Shown piece by piece: positions 45,670-59,374 of a DNA stretch of 64,000 bases. Within the stretch, counting starts at the first letter, position 1. Each line of letters starts with the position of its first letter. The notes beneath the pieces were generated by a model. That model did no database searches. It was not told the origin of the DNA and was given only the letters and a program-made list of their open reading frames with translations. Origin of the DNA: Octopus sinensis (lineage: Eukaryota); assembly GCF_006345805.1 (NCBI RefSeq), contig NC_042997.1, forward strand, positions 154,442,001 to 154,506,000, in the 5' to 3' direction. A program made the translations under genes and the position numbers.

Positions 45670-46297
45670 AATGCCCTGATGCAGTAGCAGACAATGCCAT
45701 GATACAGTACTAGATAAATGCCCCGATGCAGCACCAGACATTGGCTTTCATGGCTTCTGATCTTAACTGATTGGAAGAGTTATCATGTACATTGTTTTGT
45801 CTTGTTATAAAAGATTGGCTACAGCAAATATTCTGCTCAATACCACAGATTTGCTTGTCAGTTGTTTGACCTTAACCAGTTGACCATGTACCTTAGTGGC
45901 TGACGATATGTGCATCTCTGCTCACGAGTAGAAGTAGTGGAGGAGCATCATAGCCATGTGTTGAAAGGAATTCTTGGAGGTTTGGATAATTCAACTTTGG
46001 AAACATAGGTGGTTCGCTCAACATCCTTAAACAATCCTTATTCAGGGACCTTTTGAGCGCGATGGGCTACCCGACCAGAAGAAAATTCTAACTGGGCCCC
46101 ATTTGCAAGGTCATGCGCTGTTTATCTTGATATGAGATCACCATGTCGCGCATATATGGTTGTAATGCATGTGCCTGGTGTACCCTTATCAAACAGGTAG
46201 TCATGATGGGTATACTGGGCTTTGTATATTTTACTCCAGTGTCACTTCGATGGCATTCACTGCTCTCTCACTCAATAATAATAATAATAATAATAAT
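45670..46297 (+). repeat. Unclassified non-coding interspersed repeat bounded by GAA/TAA triplet tracts
   Basis: Higher-GC ~600-bp block with no long ORF, ending CACTGCTCTCTCACTC-(AAT)n. I recall it as an abundant octopus repeat but cannot verify this here. Confidence 0.4.
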
Positions 46298-49200
46298 GGT
46301 TCAGAAAAAAATATACATACAACAAGAGAATCGACAAAACTGAGACATGGAAGGAGTGCATGAACAATGTGTAGAAGACATTAGTGTACCTCCGAACAGA
46401 AAGACACTAGAAGTGGAATACTTATCCGAATGTTAAACCCTGGTATTATTGAGAAGAGATTGAAGGCAGTCGCAATCCTTTGAAGTGTTGGTATCATTAA
46501 AGAAGTGGAATTATTATCCGAATGTCAAACCCCGGTATTATTGAGAAGAGGTTGAAGGCTGTCGCAATCTTCATGATTTAAAAAAGATACAGTGAAATAG
46601 AAAAAAATATTACCAAGACAAATGTGCACAGCAAACAGAAAATAACACAACTAGCCACTGTATCTATATGATGTAGATGACTACCAATACAGCAGAATAC
46701 TCAAAACCAAAACAAAACTGTCTGTACTCAAGTTATAAAGAGTTGCATTCAATTGTGCAATGAAAACACGCAATAAAAATAAGACAATTGAAAAAAAAAT
46801 AATGATTTATCGGCCCCCAAAGCCGCATGTTTTCATAACATTTTACATAATGCATTACATCACTTCTTGTCCAAAGAAGTAATTAAAGTATTCAAAACAT
46901 TGTATAGAAATTGCAATCAGCAACACTATATGAGATGAAAGTTGCGGTCTTGTTTGTTTTCTGGTTCAATATGACGTCTAGAGCCAGAATAATTATCGCT
47001 GTTATATAGTCACATAAACTGCATTATGATCGATATAAAACGTATTTAATACAATAAGAATTTGTTAATCAAACATGCCTTTATGTTATGATAAAAACTT
47101 ATTAAGGAAATAATGAGTTTGATAGTTTTCCCTGGTTAGTTATAACATCAAAATAACACAAAATTCAAGCGACAATACAAATCAATTTGCAGATTCATTC
47201 GACAAATGAATATTGCAACCTGAATCGCTACTCCACTGAACAGAAGCTTAGCGATTGATCTATAGCTACTTACCATTATATAACTAATTATATATGATCA
47301 CTCGCAAGTAGTGCCATTGCTGAAGACATGTTGTTCGAAGAGCGTTCGAAGTCACTTACTCGAAGACAGGAAACCTGTATCTATTCAAGATAGCTACATG
47401 GCAGATAAGAACACCAAAATATGATGTTCGATATTTGAAACCTGAAAACGATCATAGTATAGACCAATTGAAGACCATTACTTATGATAGGTTCATGACA
47501 AGGCTATCGAAACACGACCAATAGATATCTGTCGATAAAACACTAATCTCAATTAATTTGAAACATAATAATGGTTGATGTGAGTACAAAGACAGTTTTG
47601 TTGATAAAAATCTTGCTTTGCAATCAAATAGTTCTTAATTCAATACCATTGCACGGCATTCTGAGTGCCTTCTACCATAGCTTCAAGATGACCATTGCAT
47701 TGGATCGACTCAGATCTTGTAAGCAAAATAGATTGTATTTAATCTGTATTTCTTTTATATGGAATCTGGACTTGACAAACTGTCGCTGCTCAAGGATGTT
47801 AAGCCTAATACTCTGTTTAACACCATTGGGTGTCTTTAGTTAAGTTTACTGTTATAAACATTCCAGCCAAGCTCCCACTCTTAGAATATGCTATCTGTAA
47901 TGGTTTCTTCTCCTTTCCTCCATAAGTCTAGGAGGCCCAGAAAATACAATAAAATGTATCCTTTTCTTTTGATGACATTGTACATAACATACAGAGTACC
48001 ACTCAATTTGAGAAGTATTTGTAATTCGGTCACACTTAACACTCTACGCAGAACGGTTATATTTATTCATTGACCATGATACATACTTTTAGCAAGTAAA
48101 GCTATGGATTACTGGCAGAGTAAGTATTGCTGAGTATATCGAGATAGTAAATATTTCAAATTTACAACAAACTGTGGAATAACAGACGTTTTTAGGAAAC
48201 TTTTATTTAATAGTTCTGGAGAGGTAAGCGTAATCCAACGCTGGGTTAAAACACTACCAGGATTAAGTTTCACTGAATGATCCACTTCTTACGGAAATAA
48301 CGGGGACAAGTTCCTTCGACAAAATTTCCTGTTCTATGAATGTCTGAACGTTAATCCCTTCAAGATCAGAACCAAGAAGAATGATCTGTAACATTCTTTT
48401 TCTCCCACCACACCAGTAATAATTGCGTCCAATATGAAAAATAACACAAAAATATCTGACATATGACATATACATTTATAAATGTAAGCTCTAAACTAAA
48501 AATTAACCTATAACGTATCAACGCAATATATTATATAGTTTGATGTACCGCAACCAGGGAAGGTCAAGACAACTTTGGTTTATTGAAGGTTGATTAAATT
48601 AGCCTGGCATTTAGTTGTTGTAACAGAAAATATTTGCTTCTTGTGTCAAAACCTTTTTAATATCCATCCTTTATGTCACTTAATTAATATTGAACATAAA
48701 ATACAGAATGTGATGAAACCAGGAAACATTATTTCCTTACATAGGCACAAGACTAAACATGTATATTTAAGGGTAATGTTATGTTCAAACATTTACTGGA
48801 GGCAATCTTTCAAATTAAGGGAATATAGCTGTCATTTGCACTTATTGGCATCCCCAAAGGCACTAGAATATAATATTTATCAGCTAAAAACTATCAATAA
48901 AGGAAATAAACCAAGCAAGCATTTTTAACTTCCTATAGATATTGATCATTTGAACACGCTTATGTTTCGATCAAAGCTGCTTATATGCTTAGATGTTTTA
49001 CATTTATAAACATCAAAGCTTATTCTAAAATAAATATTTATTGCCCAAGGTGTTGTATAGAAAATCGTTAGCTGCCATTTTGTTTCCATTGAAAATTATC
49101 AATGCTATTTATTTATGTTATGCTATTCGTAGAAAGAGTAGACAAACCTAATTGAATTAAAATGTAGGTTCGATACTTAAAGCTTCAAATATATTTTTCA

Positions 49201-49443
49201 ATGATGAAATCAAATGTATTTCGATATAGAAGAGCTTATAGTGTAAGTGGACATTATTGCGTTGTCTGGCTTTGAACACAGAACAAAGCAATAGTATTTG
49301 TATGAAATATGCAAATGAGGAAAAGCAAAACTGATGAGTCGATAAAAAAAAAGTACGGTACTTAGCTAATCAACTGGTTGCTATGTAGGAATGTAAATGA
49401 TTGTCATTGAAGTTGACAAAATACACTTCCATTACATGCATGC

Positions 49444-49479
<36 letters not shown>

Positions 49480-49765
49480 ACATTGCAGTCACGCTTACTG
49501 AAAAACTTGCATATATACATTGATATGTACATATATGTATTTACTGAAACGAAATTTTTTTAAATAAAAGTTATGTATAGAAAAAAAATTGCAACAGCGG
49601 AAGAAAACATAATTTGAACCGAAGTCGTGATTTACATCATTGCTATAAATAGAACATCATCAGTATTTACAAGTGACGTAAAACAGTTTAAATGTGATGT
49701 GTCTCAATTTTATGAATTTCTAACAAATGTATCGAGACGATGCCACTTTAATTATAATAAATGTC

Positions 49766-50199
49766 GGATCTTTTCGGTTTGAACTGCAGTTTTTTCTAGC
49801 GGTGTCATATGAAATTGTCACCTATAATTATGACCCTAGTATCGATCTATTGCATTTCAATCTGTTTTAGGGTTAGTGTTACGGTTAGCGTTAGGGTTAA
49901 GGGTGGGGGAAGGGTATCTTTTTCCTTCAGAAATGTAAATAAATCCAATCTGTTTTTTAAACGAGGGACATATTCATACGCCACAGAATGTTTTCACATC
50001 AATAGACGTCATTGATTGGTTAAAATTGCAGAAATTGAAGAAAAAAAAACAACAAATATCTTACAAACTATAGAAGTTTCTCAATAAAGCCAAGAGAAAA
50101 AAATGTTTTATAAACACATTCAACCAGTATACGAAGTTTAAAAGTGTTTAGTTACGTGGAAATTATTTTTAAAAACGGCCGTTCAAACCGAAAAGATCC
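49766..50199. mobile_element. 434-bp MITE with ~29-bp TIRs, an 8-bp TSD and internal TTAGGG-like repeats
   Basis: TIR GGATCTTTTCGGTTTGAAC / GTTCAAACCGAAAAGATCC; TSD TAAATGTC at 49758-49765 and 50200-50207; six degenerate TTAGGG units at 49867-49903. Confidence 0.9.
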
Positions 50200-50254
50200 T
50201 AAATGTCCTTTATTTAAATATAAAAGTCATATATTTATGTTTATCCTTTATAAG

Positions 50255-50420
50255 ATGGCGAGCTGGCAGAATGATTAGCGGCATTTTGTTCGTCTTCACA
50301 TTCTGAGTTCAAATTCCGCCGAGGTCGACTATGCCTTCCATCCTTTCGGGTTCAACAAATTAAGTAACGGTTGAACACTGAGATCGATGTAATCATTTAG
50401 TACCCTTCCCCAAATTTCTG
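50255..50420 (+). mobile_element. SINE family B copy
   Basis: GGCGAGCTGGCAGAATG...TTCTGAGTTCAAATTCCGCCGAGGTCGAC. Confidence 0.8.
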
Positions 50421-50715
50421 CCAAATACTTCACTTCACTGGAGGGATAAAAGTAGAATGGGGTACTATGGCCTCTTGGCTGAAACAGCCGTAAAATTTTA
50501 TACTACATTCTATGTTCTACGTTATACATTTTAATAATTACTGATATTTTTATATTTCATAATTTATATATTATATATGTAAAGTATAGTATGTTATACA
50601 AGTATATTGCTATAATTGTCTTTTTTAAAAAATAAATAGACATAATATGTCTATAAGTTGATGAATACCAACTCTTGATTCCCTCCATTTTCTTATTGCT
50701 ATATATATGTATATA

Positions 50716-51130
50716 GGCGCAGGAGTGGCTGTGTGGTAAGTAGCTTGCTAACCAACCACATGGTTCCGGGTTCAGTCCCACTGCGTGGCATCTTGGGCAA
50801 GTGTCTTCTGCTATAGCCCCGGGCCGACCAATGCCTTGTGAGTGGATTTGGTAGACGGAAACTGAAAGAAGCCTGTCGTATATATGTATATATATATATG
50901 TGTGTGTGTGTGTTTGTGTGTTTGTGTTTGTCCCCCCAACATCGCTTGACAACCGATGCTGGTGTGTTTATGTCCCCGTAACTTAGCGGTTCGGCAAAAA
51001 GAGACCGATAGAATAAGTACTGGGCTTACAAAGAATAAGTCCCGGGGTCGATTTGCTCGACTAAAGGCGGTGCTCCAGCATGGCCGCAGTCAAATGACTG
51101 AAACAAGTAAAAGAGTAAAGAGAAAAGAGA
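50716..51130 (+). mobile_element. SINE family A, full-length reference copy
   Basis: tRNA-like head with A and B boxes (TGGCTGTGTGG; GGGTTCAGTCCC), GGGCAAGTGTCTTC segment, internal (TA)(TG)n, 3' tail ending GAAACAAGTAAAAGAGTAAAGAG. Confidence 0.92.
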
Positions 51131-52276
51131 GTATATATATATATATATATTATATATATATATATTATATATATATATATGTACACACACACATACGTGT
51201 GTATGTATGAATACATACATATATATATATTGATAATTTAATGTTTGTTTCTATGCATTGTTAGTTATAAAACAGTCAACTAGTAATTAAAGGATCACTA
51301 AGTACAAAATATATTTGAAGCTTTAACTATCGAACCTACACAAGAAAAAGGTTGGCAGTGACTACAAAGTTTCGGTTCAGTTGACTTCATCAGATAGTCT
51401 GAAGAAAGCAACTAAGCAAAAGTTATCAAACTGACACACATATTTATAACATTTATATGTATATATGTGTGCGTATATATATATGTACATATGTGTGCAT
51501 ATGTACGTACGTGTGCGCGCGCGCGAGTATGTTTGTGTAACACACAAGCTTCCATTCATGCATTTTTGGTTCTTTGATTAGATAGATTTGGAAAAAAAAT
51601 CTGTTTATGTATTGAAGTGCTCATATATATCTTTTAACGGCATAACTGGTTAGTACAGTCAGTGTAAGTGCTATATTTCCGGAACTTTCACCCATTCATT
51701 CAGCCATTTTCCTATTAGCGATAATAAAGTTGCGTATCAGTGTGTTAATGTAGGGGTGGATAGAAATCAATATGTGCGTATGTGAGTATATGTGCATGCG
51801 TGTATCTGTGTTTGTGTGTGCATATTTGTGTGTGTGTGTGCGTGGTTAATATCTTTCCTGAACTTTCACTCACACAAACAACCAATTTCTATTAGTAGTA
51901 CTAAAGTAGTGTTACTGAGAGTGGATAGACATTTTACATATATATACATGCATTGATACCTACATACATTCTTACACACACGTACATATATGCGTATGCA
52001 TATACACATGCATATATTTATATATATATATCTAAATATTAAATGAATAACAACATACGATGGATAATTGTCTGCTCATTACATTTGTTTCTTAAGTAAC
52101 TTTTAATTGAAGAATGAGAACATTACTTCATTATAAAAGACCGTAATCATCAGATGAGAAGTAATTTTACAAAATATAGGATTTTTCTACCTACTTAATA
52201 ATCTTTGCAACCAAGTGAATAATTTCTGCAAACAATTTTATAATAAAAATTTATATAAAAAGAATTGAAAAAAAAT

Positions 52277-53332
52277 TTATTCAAGAATTATTTCTCGTTT
52301 TGCAGAACGTATTAGATACCCCAACATTTTTCTGTAAAAGGCCCCACAATGTTCGGTTGTTATTCCCCCAAACTTATTTTCAATAAACGCCCTAAGATCT
52401 ACTTCATTAATAGCACCTCCCCTTATCACCAAATTCTTCCAAACAGAGAAAATATTCTCTAATGGGCTGAGGAAAGGGGAATATGGTGGAAGATACCTAA
52501 AGTTATATGTAGCTATTTCCAAATCTTCAGACAACTCCTTGTAGTGATTAATTCTGGCATTATCCATAATAAATACTGGATTTTTTTCGAAACAAGCTGC
52601 CTTCAACTCTTAGAGAGATCTCTTAAAATCTTCACCATTTACTGCCCTCTCATGGAATTTACGGTATATCATACCATTTTTATTCATGCCGCTACGACAG
52701 AAATGTTTCTACTTCGCGCAGCAAGTACAGATACATATACTGATTGTCCACTCCTATTACAACCTCTGTTTGGTCTTGTTACCACCGAAAACACTACTTC
52801 ATCTAAAAAGACAAAGTTCTTATCATCATAATCCGCTTCAAGATTTCGATAAGCAGTGATATATGCCTCCATGACTTCACTTGTGCTTTGACAATTTCTT
52901 CGCTCAGGAACGAGCCTGACCCTTTTTAAAGTATAATGAAACTGACGAAGGTTTCTCTCAATAGTACTTATTGTTACTTGAACGTCTCCAAGACCTATTT
53001 AGAAAAGTTCTTTTTTAAAGTGCTGGTACAATTTTAGCCTACAAAGACAAAAAATTGCTCTTTAACCTCTGAACTAAGTTTAGAACATCTATCGCCTCCG
53101 CGCTTCAAATGGAGTATAGCACCAGTTTTCAAGTATCGTTTTAAATACTGTTAACTGCGTGGTACTTTTTCCCATACATTGAAGCTATATTGGAAACTGA
53201 ATAGCCCTCCAATGTTTTTGGCACAATTCTCTGTCTGTTATCATTGCAAACTGGTGTTCTCCGATTTTGGGGTTGTAACTCTGTTATAGTTATTGGATTT
53301 TCAATCGCATCGGCGGGATCATAAACACTCAT
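52277..53332 (-). pseudogene. IS630/Tc1/mariner-superfamily transposase pseudogene (DD34E spacing)
   Basis: Fragments in several frames: RQRIV...SVSNIAS, KRYLKTG...RGG, STIERNLRQFHYTLKR, FVFLDE, RSRNISVVAA, VFIMDNARINH...YLPPYSPFLSPLE. 34 residues separate the second D and the E. TIRs not identified. Confidence 0.88.
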
Positions 53333-55270
53333 AGCAGCAGGGTCATCAGCAACAGGTGGGGGATGCCGCAACGCACTCACACTAACAATTAAATATACAT
53401 ATTTAATTAAATATACATATTTGTGTATATGAAAGTGGTGGGTGTTTGTGTATAATTTTTTAATCCGGAAAAGATTGATGTTACTTCGAAGTTTCCGCTG
53501 TTTAGTATGACTTCCATGAATGCTACATACATCCCTGTATGCGCAGATACATACACAAACACACACACACGTATACACAAACACATGTCCACACACATGC
53601 ACGCACATATGTATCCATATATAACTATAACTCTTTTCTGATCACCAAAACATATTTCTAGATATGAATATGCAAGTAGGTAAAAGTGATTTATATTCTT
53701 TCCTGTGAAAATAATGGAATATTCTGATGGAAGAAAATGCTTAACCAGGCATCATAAACCAAGCTAAAAAAGAAGAAAAAAACAATAAACGAATATTTTT
53801 ACGATGCCATTCTCAAACTATTTGCCATTAATAATTTTCTAAAAAGGCAAAGAAAATTGCTCGGGTTAACGCTTTATTATTCAAGTAATACTTTCATATA
53901 AATTAAATACGAGGAAGTTAATAGTTTCATACTACCGCAAAACGTTTATACGAAAAAGATCATGCTAATACGTGAATATAGAAAAAAAGTCAAATACCCG
54001 TCACTCGCAAGCAAGTATGATTTAGTAGCGTGTACTATGCTGGCGCTCACTGTTTTGGTTTGTAGTCACAAGATATAGACAACTCGATCCATTGACTCTA
54101 GCTGAGATAGCTAGGAGAAAGGGCTGCATCAATCCTTAGCTAAGTTGACAGGAACAACAGGAAATGAAGTGTCTTGCCTAAGGGCACAATGCACTGCTCA
54201 GTACAGGAATTAGAATACCTAGGAAAACTACTTAATTTCATATTTTGCCACAAAACACAATGGATAACCAAGTATTAGTTATGAACCAACGCAGGAGCAT
54301 CTATGCAGTTATGCAATCATCTAGAAATAGCACCCTGATCCAACCCACACGCTACTGCTTTAATGTATATAGGACACATTAAGGAGTATAGATCTAGATG
54401 TACAAAAATTACCTGGTTGACTTCCATCATAGGAAGCAAGAGTGCTTCACCTCAAGTGTTTGTCCTTGCGGGCGTTTGCATCCCGTGCAGAACAAACATA
54501 GCACTCTCTTTCAGGGCCGTTCGACTGTGAAAGTAGAAACAACTGCCAAATCTTCCTCACATCGCATCCAACTTTCTTAAAAAGAAAATAATGCAGTCGA
54601 TGATAAAGTTCTGGATGCATTATGGATAAAGAAGTCCTCGGGATGGTCATGAACAGCTTTCATAATGGTTCTGCTCTATCAGGTCTGACGGGGCTAAGCA
54701 ACAGCAACACACCCTCTTGCTTCTTTGCTATTTTATCGGATGCTTTGTTGTTCCTCACCCATATCTCACTACCCACATTCCTCTCGGCGCTGATCAACCG
54801 CTCTTTCTCCACTTACCTCATACGCCCCATCTCTCATTTACATCTCAATTCCTTCCTCATCTACCCCATATCTCGGGCCAAACATTATATTAATTTATAA
54901 TTCACTTCTGCGGTTATTACTTTAACACAACAATCCAATATTGCTACACCCAAACTGAGGGTTTGCTGATCTAAATGTCAATTTTTTTCCAGCTCCCCTT
55001 TCGATTTACTAGTTATACATACACAGAAGGGATTGCCACAGTTAGAATGTCTATGATTATATGTCATCTCAATCAGGGCTGACCTGGAGCTCTATTATCA
55101 TTTGGTGTCAATGAAAATGCTAGACATTGGGGCTACAGATTTTGTTGTGAATATGAGATGGCCAGGCGTAATAACCAGAGAGGATTGAGTCCTAGAATTT
55201 GCAACGACTTAGAGGAGTATAATTTCACAGTGTTTAAAACTAGTGAGTATGTTGTATGAAACTAATTCTT

Positions 55271-55352
<82 letters not shown>

Positions 55353-55974
55353 ATACATACATATAATATATATATAGTGATTGTGATTTTGTAGGAGACA
55401 TGATTGTCATGTCCCCATTCGATAATATTTTCGAAATTTCTGTTCAAGGGGCCAGCAAAGTGAGGTGTTTAGGTTGCATGTGCATGACATCTGTACTCAA
55501 AAGGCTAAAGGTAAGCGAATATTGTTATCATTAGCATTAGGTGTGCTTTATTGGGGGTGACATTAAGTGTGCAGGGACTTGGTCGAATCTCGGACACACC
55601 TGATTTGATAGAACGTGGCTCAGAGTGAGATCCATCAAAGATAGTGAAGCAGTTTTGCGTGGAGATTTTCGAATTAGACATATTTAAATTATTTGCTAGT
55701 ATCAAGTTCAGTGTATGGAACCAGTAGGGCGTGAAAAGAGTATACTTCTAGTACTAGCAAAACGGATTCGCGTTACGGAATCTGCATGATTAGTACCTGC
55801 GCACGGTGAGAAACTCGAAGCTTTGAAGAAATTACTACCATCTTTGAGATGTTGGAATCGATATTGATACTTCAATAGTTGTCAGGGTAAAAAAAAGATA
55901 TCCTTCTTAGGAGTGAGTTGCGCTTTATCATTTTTTCAAACTTATGTAGACAGTGTAGTTATGAGTGTGTGTGC

Positions 55975-56128
55975 ATGTATGTATGTATGTATGTATGTTT
56001 GTATGTATGTATGTATGTATGTATGTATGTTTGTATGTATGTATGTATGCATGCATGCATGTATGTATGCGTGTATGTATGTATGTATGTATGTATGTAT
56101 GTATGTATGTATGTATGTAGTATGTATG

Positions 56129-56183
<55 letters not shown>
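55975..56183. repeat. (TATG)n(TA)n microsatellite; similar tracts at 25353-25510 and 57436-57540
   Basis: Directly visible. Confidence 0.95.
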
Positions 56184-56185
<2 letters not shown>

Positions 56186-56579
56186 CAATAGGAATATGAA
56201 GGGGATCAATAGGTGGTTCATCAACTTTTAGACATTATATTATATATATTAATATATTTTATATCTTATATGTAAAGCATGATATGTTATACATGTATGT
56301 ATATTATTGTAATTGTCAGTTTAGTAAATAAATAAATAAGTTAACATAATATAATGTCTAAAAGTTGCTGAACCACCTAATAATCCCCTCCATTTTCTCA
56401 TTGCAATATAAATTAATGGTAAAATATCTCTTTACCCTCACCCATTTAGTACACCCGGTAATATAATTTCAATGCAATAAAAAACACTTGTGTATTAATA
56501 ATTGGGTATTCTACCAGCCGTATATTGGATAGATATTATCCCTTAGTTGGTTGGATTCACAACCTCTAACTTTCTTGGA

Positions 56580-56616
<37 letters not shown>

Positions 56617-56619
<3 letters not shown>

Positions 56620-56990
56620 CCTGCCTTTTCGTATACGAGCACAGCTATTGCTAGAAAGAATGACTGAAATGAGTCACTGTTGATGCAATGTGAGTCCCTT
56701 GTATGACGCTTGAGCCCGGGGAAGAATTTGCACATTCTATTGCATAATGCACAGCTGTTCTGGCTGGCAGAAGGAACAGGTGCCCCAGTATGAACTCTTT
56801 TGACACGCGTTTTCGATCCTTCAACTGAGTGGCACACCTTTCCATAGGTTGGACATGTTTTCTTGTGAACAATAGCCATATCACAATTCATATATTTCCA
56901 TCTTTGAATTTCTCTGCATAAAGATCTGAAATGTAAGATCTTCTCTACCATGATGACGGAGGCTCGTTTTATCCCATGTTGATTGCATTC
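56617..56990 (-). mobile_element. RTE-group LINE 3' end with two decayed C2H2 fingers
   Basis: CPTYGKVCHSVEGSKTRVKRVH and CALCNRMCKFFPGLKRHTRDSH; terminus TATACGAAAAGGCAGG abutting (TA)n. Confidence 0.6.
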
Positions 56991-58044
56991 ATTACGGTTG
57001 TATATGGATATCTACTAACATTATCATGGATCTCTGAGCCCCTAGAGAGAGCTGTTGAACTTATAACACCTTTCTTTCATTCTTTTAATTTTCTCTGTCG
57101 TTTGTACTCTGTGTAAGTTGGATCTATTAATATAAATGTCTATATATTTGTGCTTAAACATTCATCGTCTCAAAGTCTCCATCTTTTTGCTTTTCCTCGT
57201 TTTTCATGTATACATATATACATATTTTATGTTTCATACCCAAACTATTATATTATATTTAATATATCTAATTTGCTTAATCCGCATAGTTACCTCTGCT
57301 CAATTTGATCTCTCTTATAGCCACCCTTTACCCTGTGGAATCGATCTTCTGTAAAGACTTCGGAGTTTAAACATGAATTATTTTGAGCACTACTGTGTCT
57401 TCTGTACTGAGAATCTCTGGATCTCATTTGTGAACTATGTATGTATGTATGTATGTATGTATGTATGTATGTATGTATGTATGTATGTATGTATGTATGT
57501 ATGTATGTATGTATGTATGTATGTATGTATGTATGTATACACATATACATACACACACACATATATATACACATACATACACAGATTTTTCATATACATG
57601 TTTATATATATTCATATATATATATATATATATATATATCTATGTACATATGTATATATATATGCACACATACATACATATGTATGTATATTTGTGTGTT
57701 TGTGTGTATATGTGTACCTCTGTGTCTGTGTACATACGTGTACTCAGAAAGAAAGGGGAGAGAAAGAGAGAGAAAGAAAGAGAGAGAGAGAGATTATTTA
57801 CTTCCATTAATGGTTGAATGATTTCGAAACTCAAAGTATATTATTTTCTAGCATAATATAGGAGATAGTTATCAAAGATAATATATATATATACACGTCA
57901 ATAGGGTGACAAAAATATAGGTGGATTACTTTGAATGTGGTCTATGTAATGTATGCTTTTTCCGATACTGCTGACAAAATAATCACAGTTATTGAGATAG
58001 GTTACTTCGAGGTGTGGGGAGAGAGAGACACAGAGACAGAAGGA

Positions 58045-58051
58045 GCGAGCG

Positions 58052-58135
<84 letters not shown>
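58045..58135. repeat. (GA)n microsatellite
   Basis: Directly visible. Confidence 0.95.
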
Positions 58136-58519
58136 CGGAAGGAGAGAGAGAGAGATACAGATACGGACAGACATACAGACAGAAAAATAGAGAGAGGGAG
58201 ACTGAGAGAGACAGAGAGAAGAGTATGTGAATGGAATAGGGTCCTAAGAAAACTATTTTCAAATGTAACAGATGAGAAATCTTTTCTCGCAGCAATAAAA
58301 ATAACAAACTGTTAAATACAGCATGTCTAGACTATCGCACTGAGATAATACAATTAATCACTTTATGTGGAAACGTTGAGTATAATCTTCAGCTAAGTAG
58401 AAGCATAACACTTTTGAAGTGATTAGTTTGTGAACTGCAACTAGCTGTTCGGCTCACAACCTTTGTTCTAGAGGTCTGCTCGATCAGATCTGATCTGAGA
58501 GCTAGACAACTTTCTTTTT

Positions 58520-58815
58520 GCCATTTACTTGTTTCATTCATTGTACTGCGGCCATGCTGGGACACTGCTTTGAAGGGTTTACTTGAACAAACCGACCCTG
58601 ACATATATTCTTAAGTCTAGTACTTATACAGCCGGTCTCTTTTGCCGAACTGATAATGTATAGGAACGTAAACAAGCTAACACCGGTTAACAAGTTGTGG
58701 TGATGGACAAATACAAATACGCACACATATATACATGATGGGCTTCCACACAATTTCCGCTAACCAGATTCACTCACAAGGCATTGGTCGGTCCGGAGCT
58801 ATAGTAGAAGTCACT
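58520..58815 (-). mobile_element. SINE family A, diverged
   Basis: TTACTTGTTTCA...GCGGCCATGCTGGG...CACTCACAAGGCATTGGTCGG...TATAGTAGAAG. Confidence 0.78.
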
Positions 58816-59374
58816 TGTCAGATTACAGTTGTTACATATGCATTTTTTTTTTTTATAGAAAGCAGAAATGAGTAAATTGACCTATACTTGACAAGTACTG
58901 ATTTTCTCGAACCTAGAAAAAGAAAGATATAAAAAGAAAGATATAAATGAAGAACGATATTCAGTAAGTTACTCCTTCCGATTTAGAGTTATATGATACT
59001 CGACAAACTATAATTTTTTTATCATAATAATAATATTCCAAGCAGATAAAAAATGGTTCTAATTTCAAAATGTGAAAGAGGAACAAGATCATCATTGACA
59101 CTGATACTGGACGAACTTATTGTTGGATTAACCAATGACGTGTGTTTTATCTCTTTATGGTGTACTTTGAATTTACTTTAAAGAATGCGTAAGTGTTGTA
59201 GAGCTGTAAGCAAGTTCGTTGTGGCGAGTCGAGTTTTATTGATGGCTGAATCTAGTGCTTTACGATGTATCTGCCCTTGAAACTTGTACGTAAAAGTCCA
59301 ATTTCCTTTCCCCGTAAATGCAAAATTTTGTGGTTCGTGTACAGGGGAATTTTATAAGTTTCTTCCAAAGATCA

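Noticed and set aside
47571-48073. Possible RT fragment (KTPNGVKQ on the minus strand)
   Set aside because: A single short motif without the following GC.LSP.LF or YADD; may be chance.
50716-50790. tRNA gene-like A/B boxes (also at 4272, 18782, 39220 and 41682)
   Set aside because: They continue into SINE bodies and do not close a cloverleaf; they are SINE heads.
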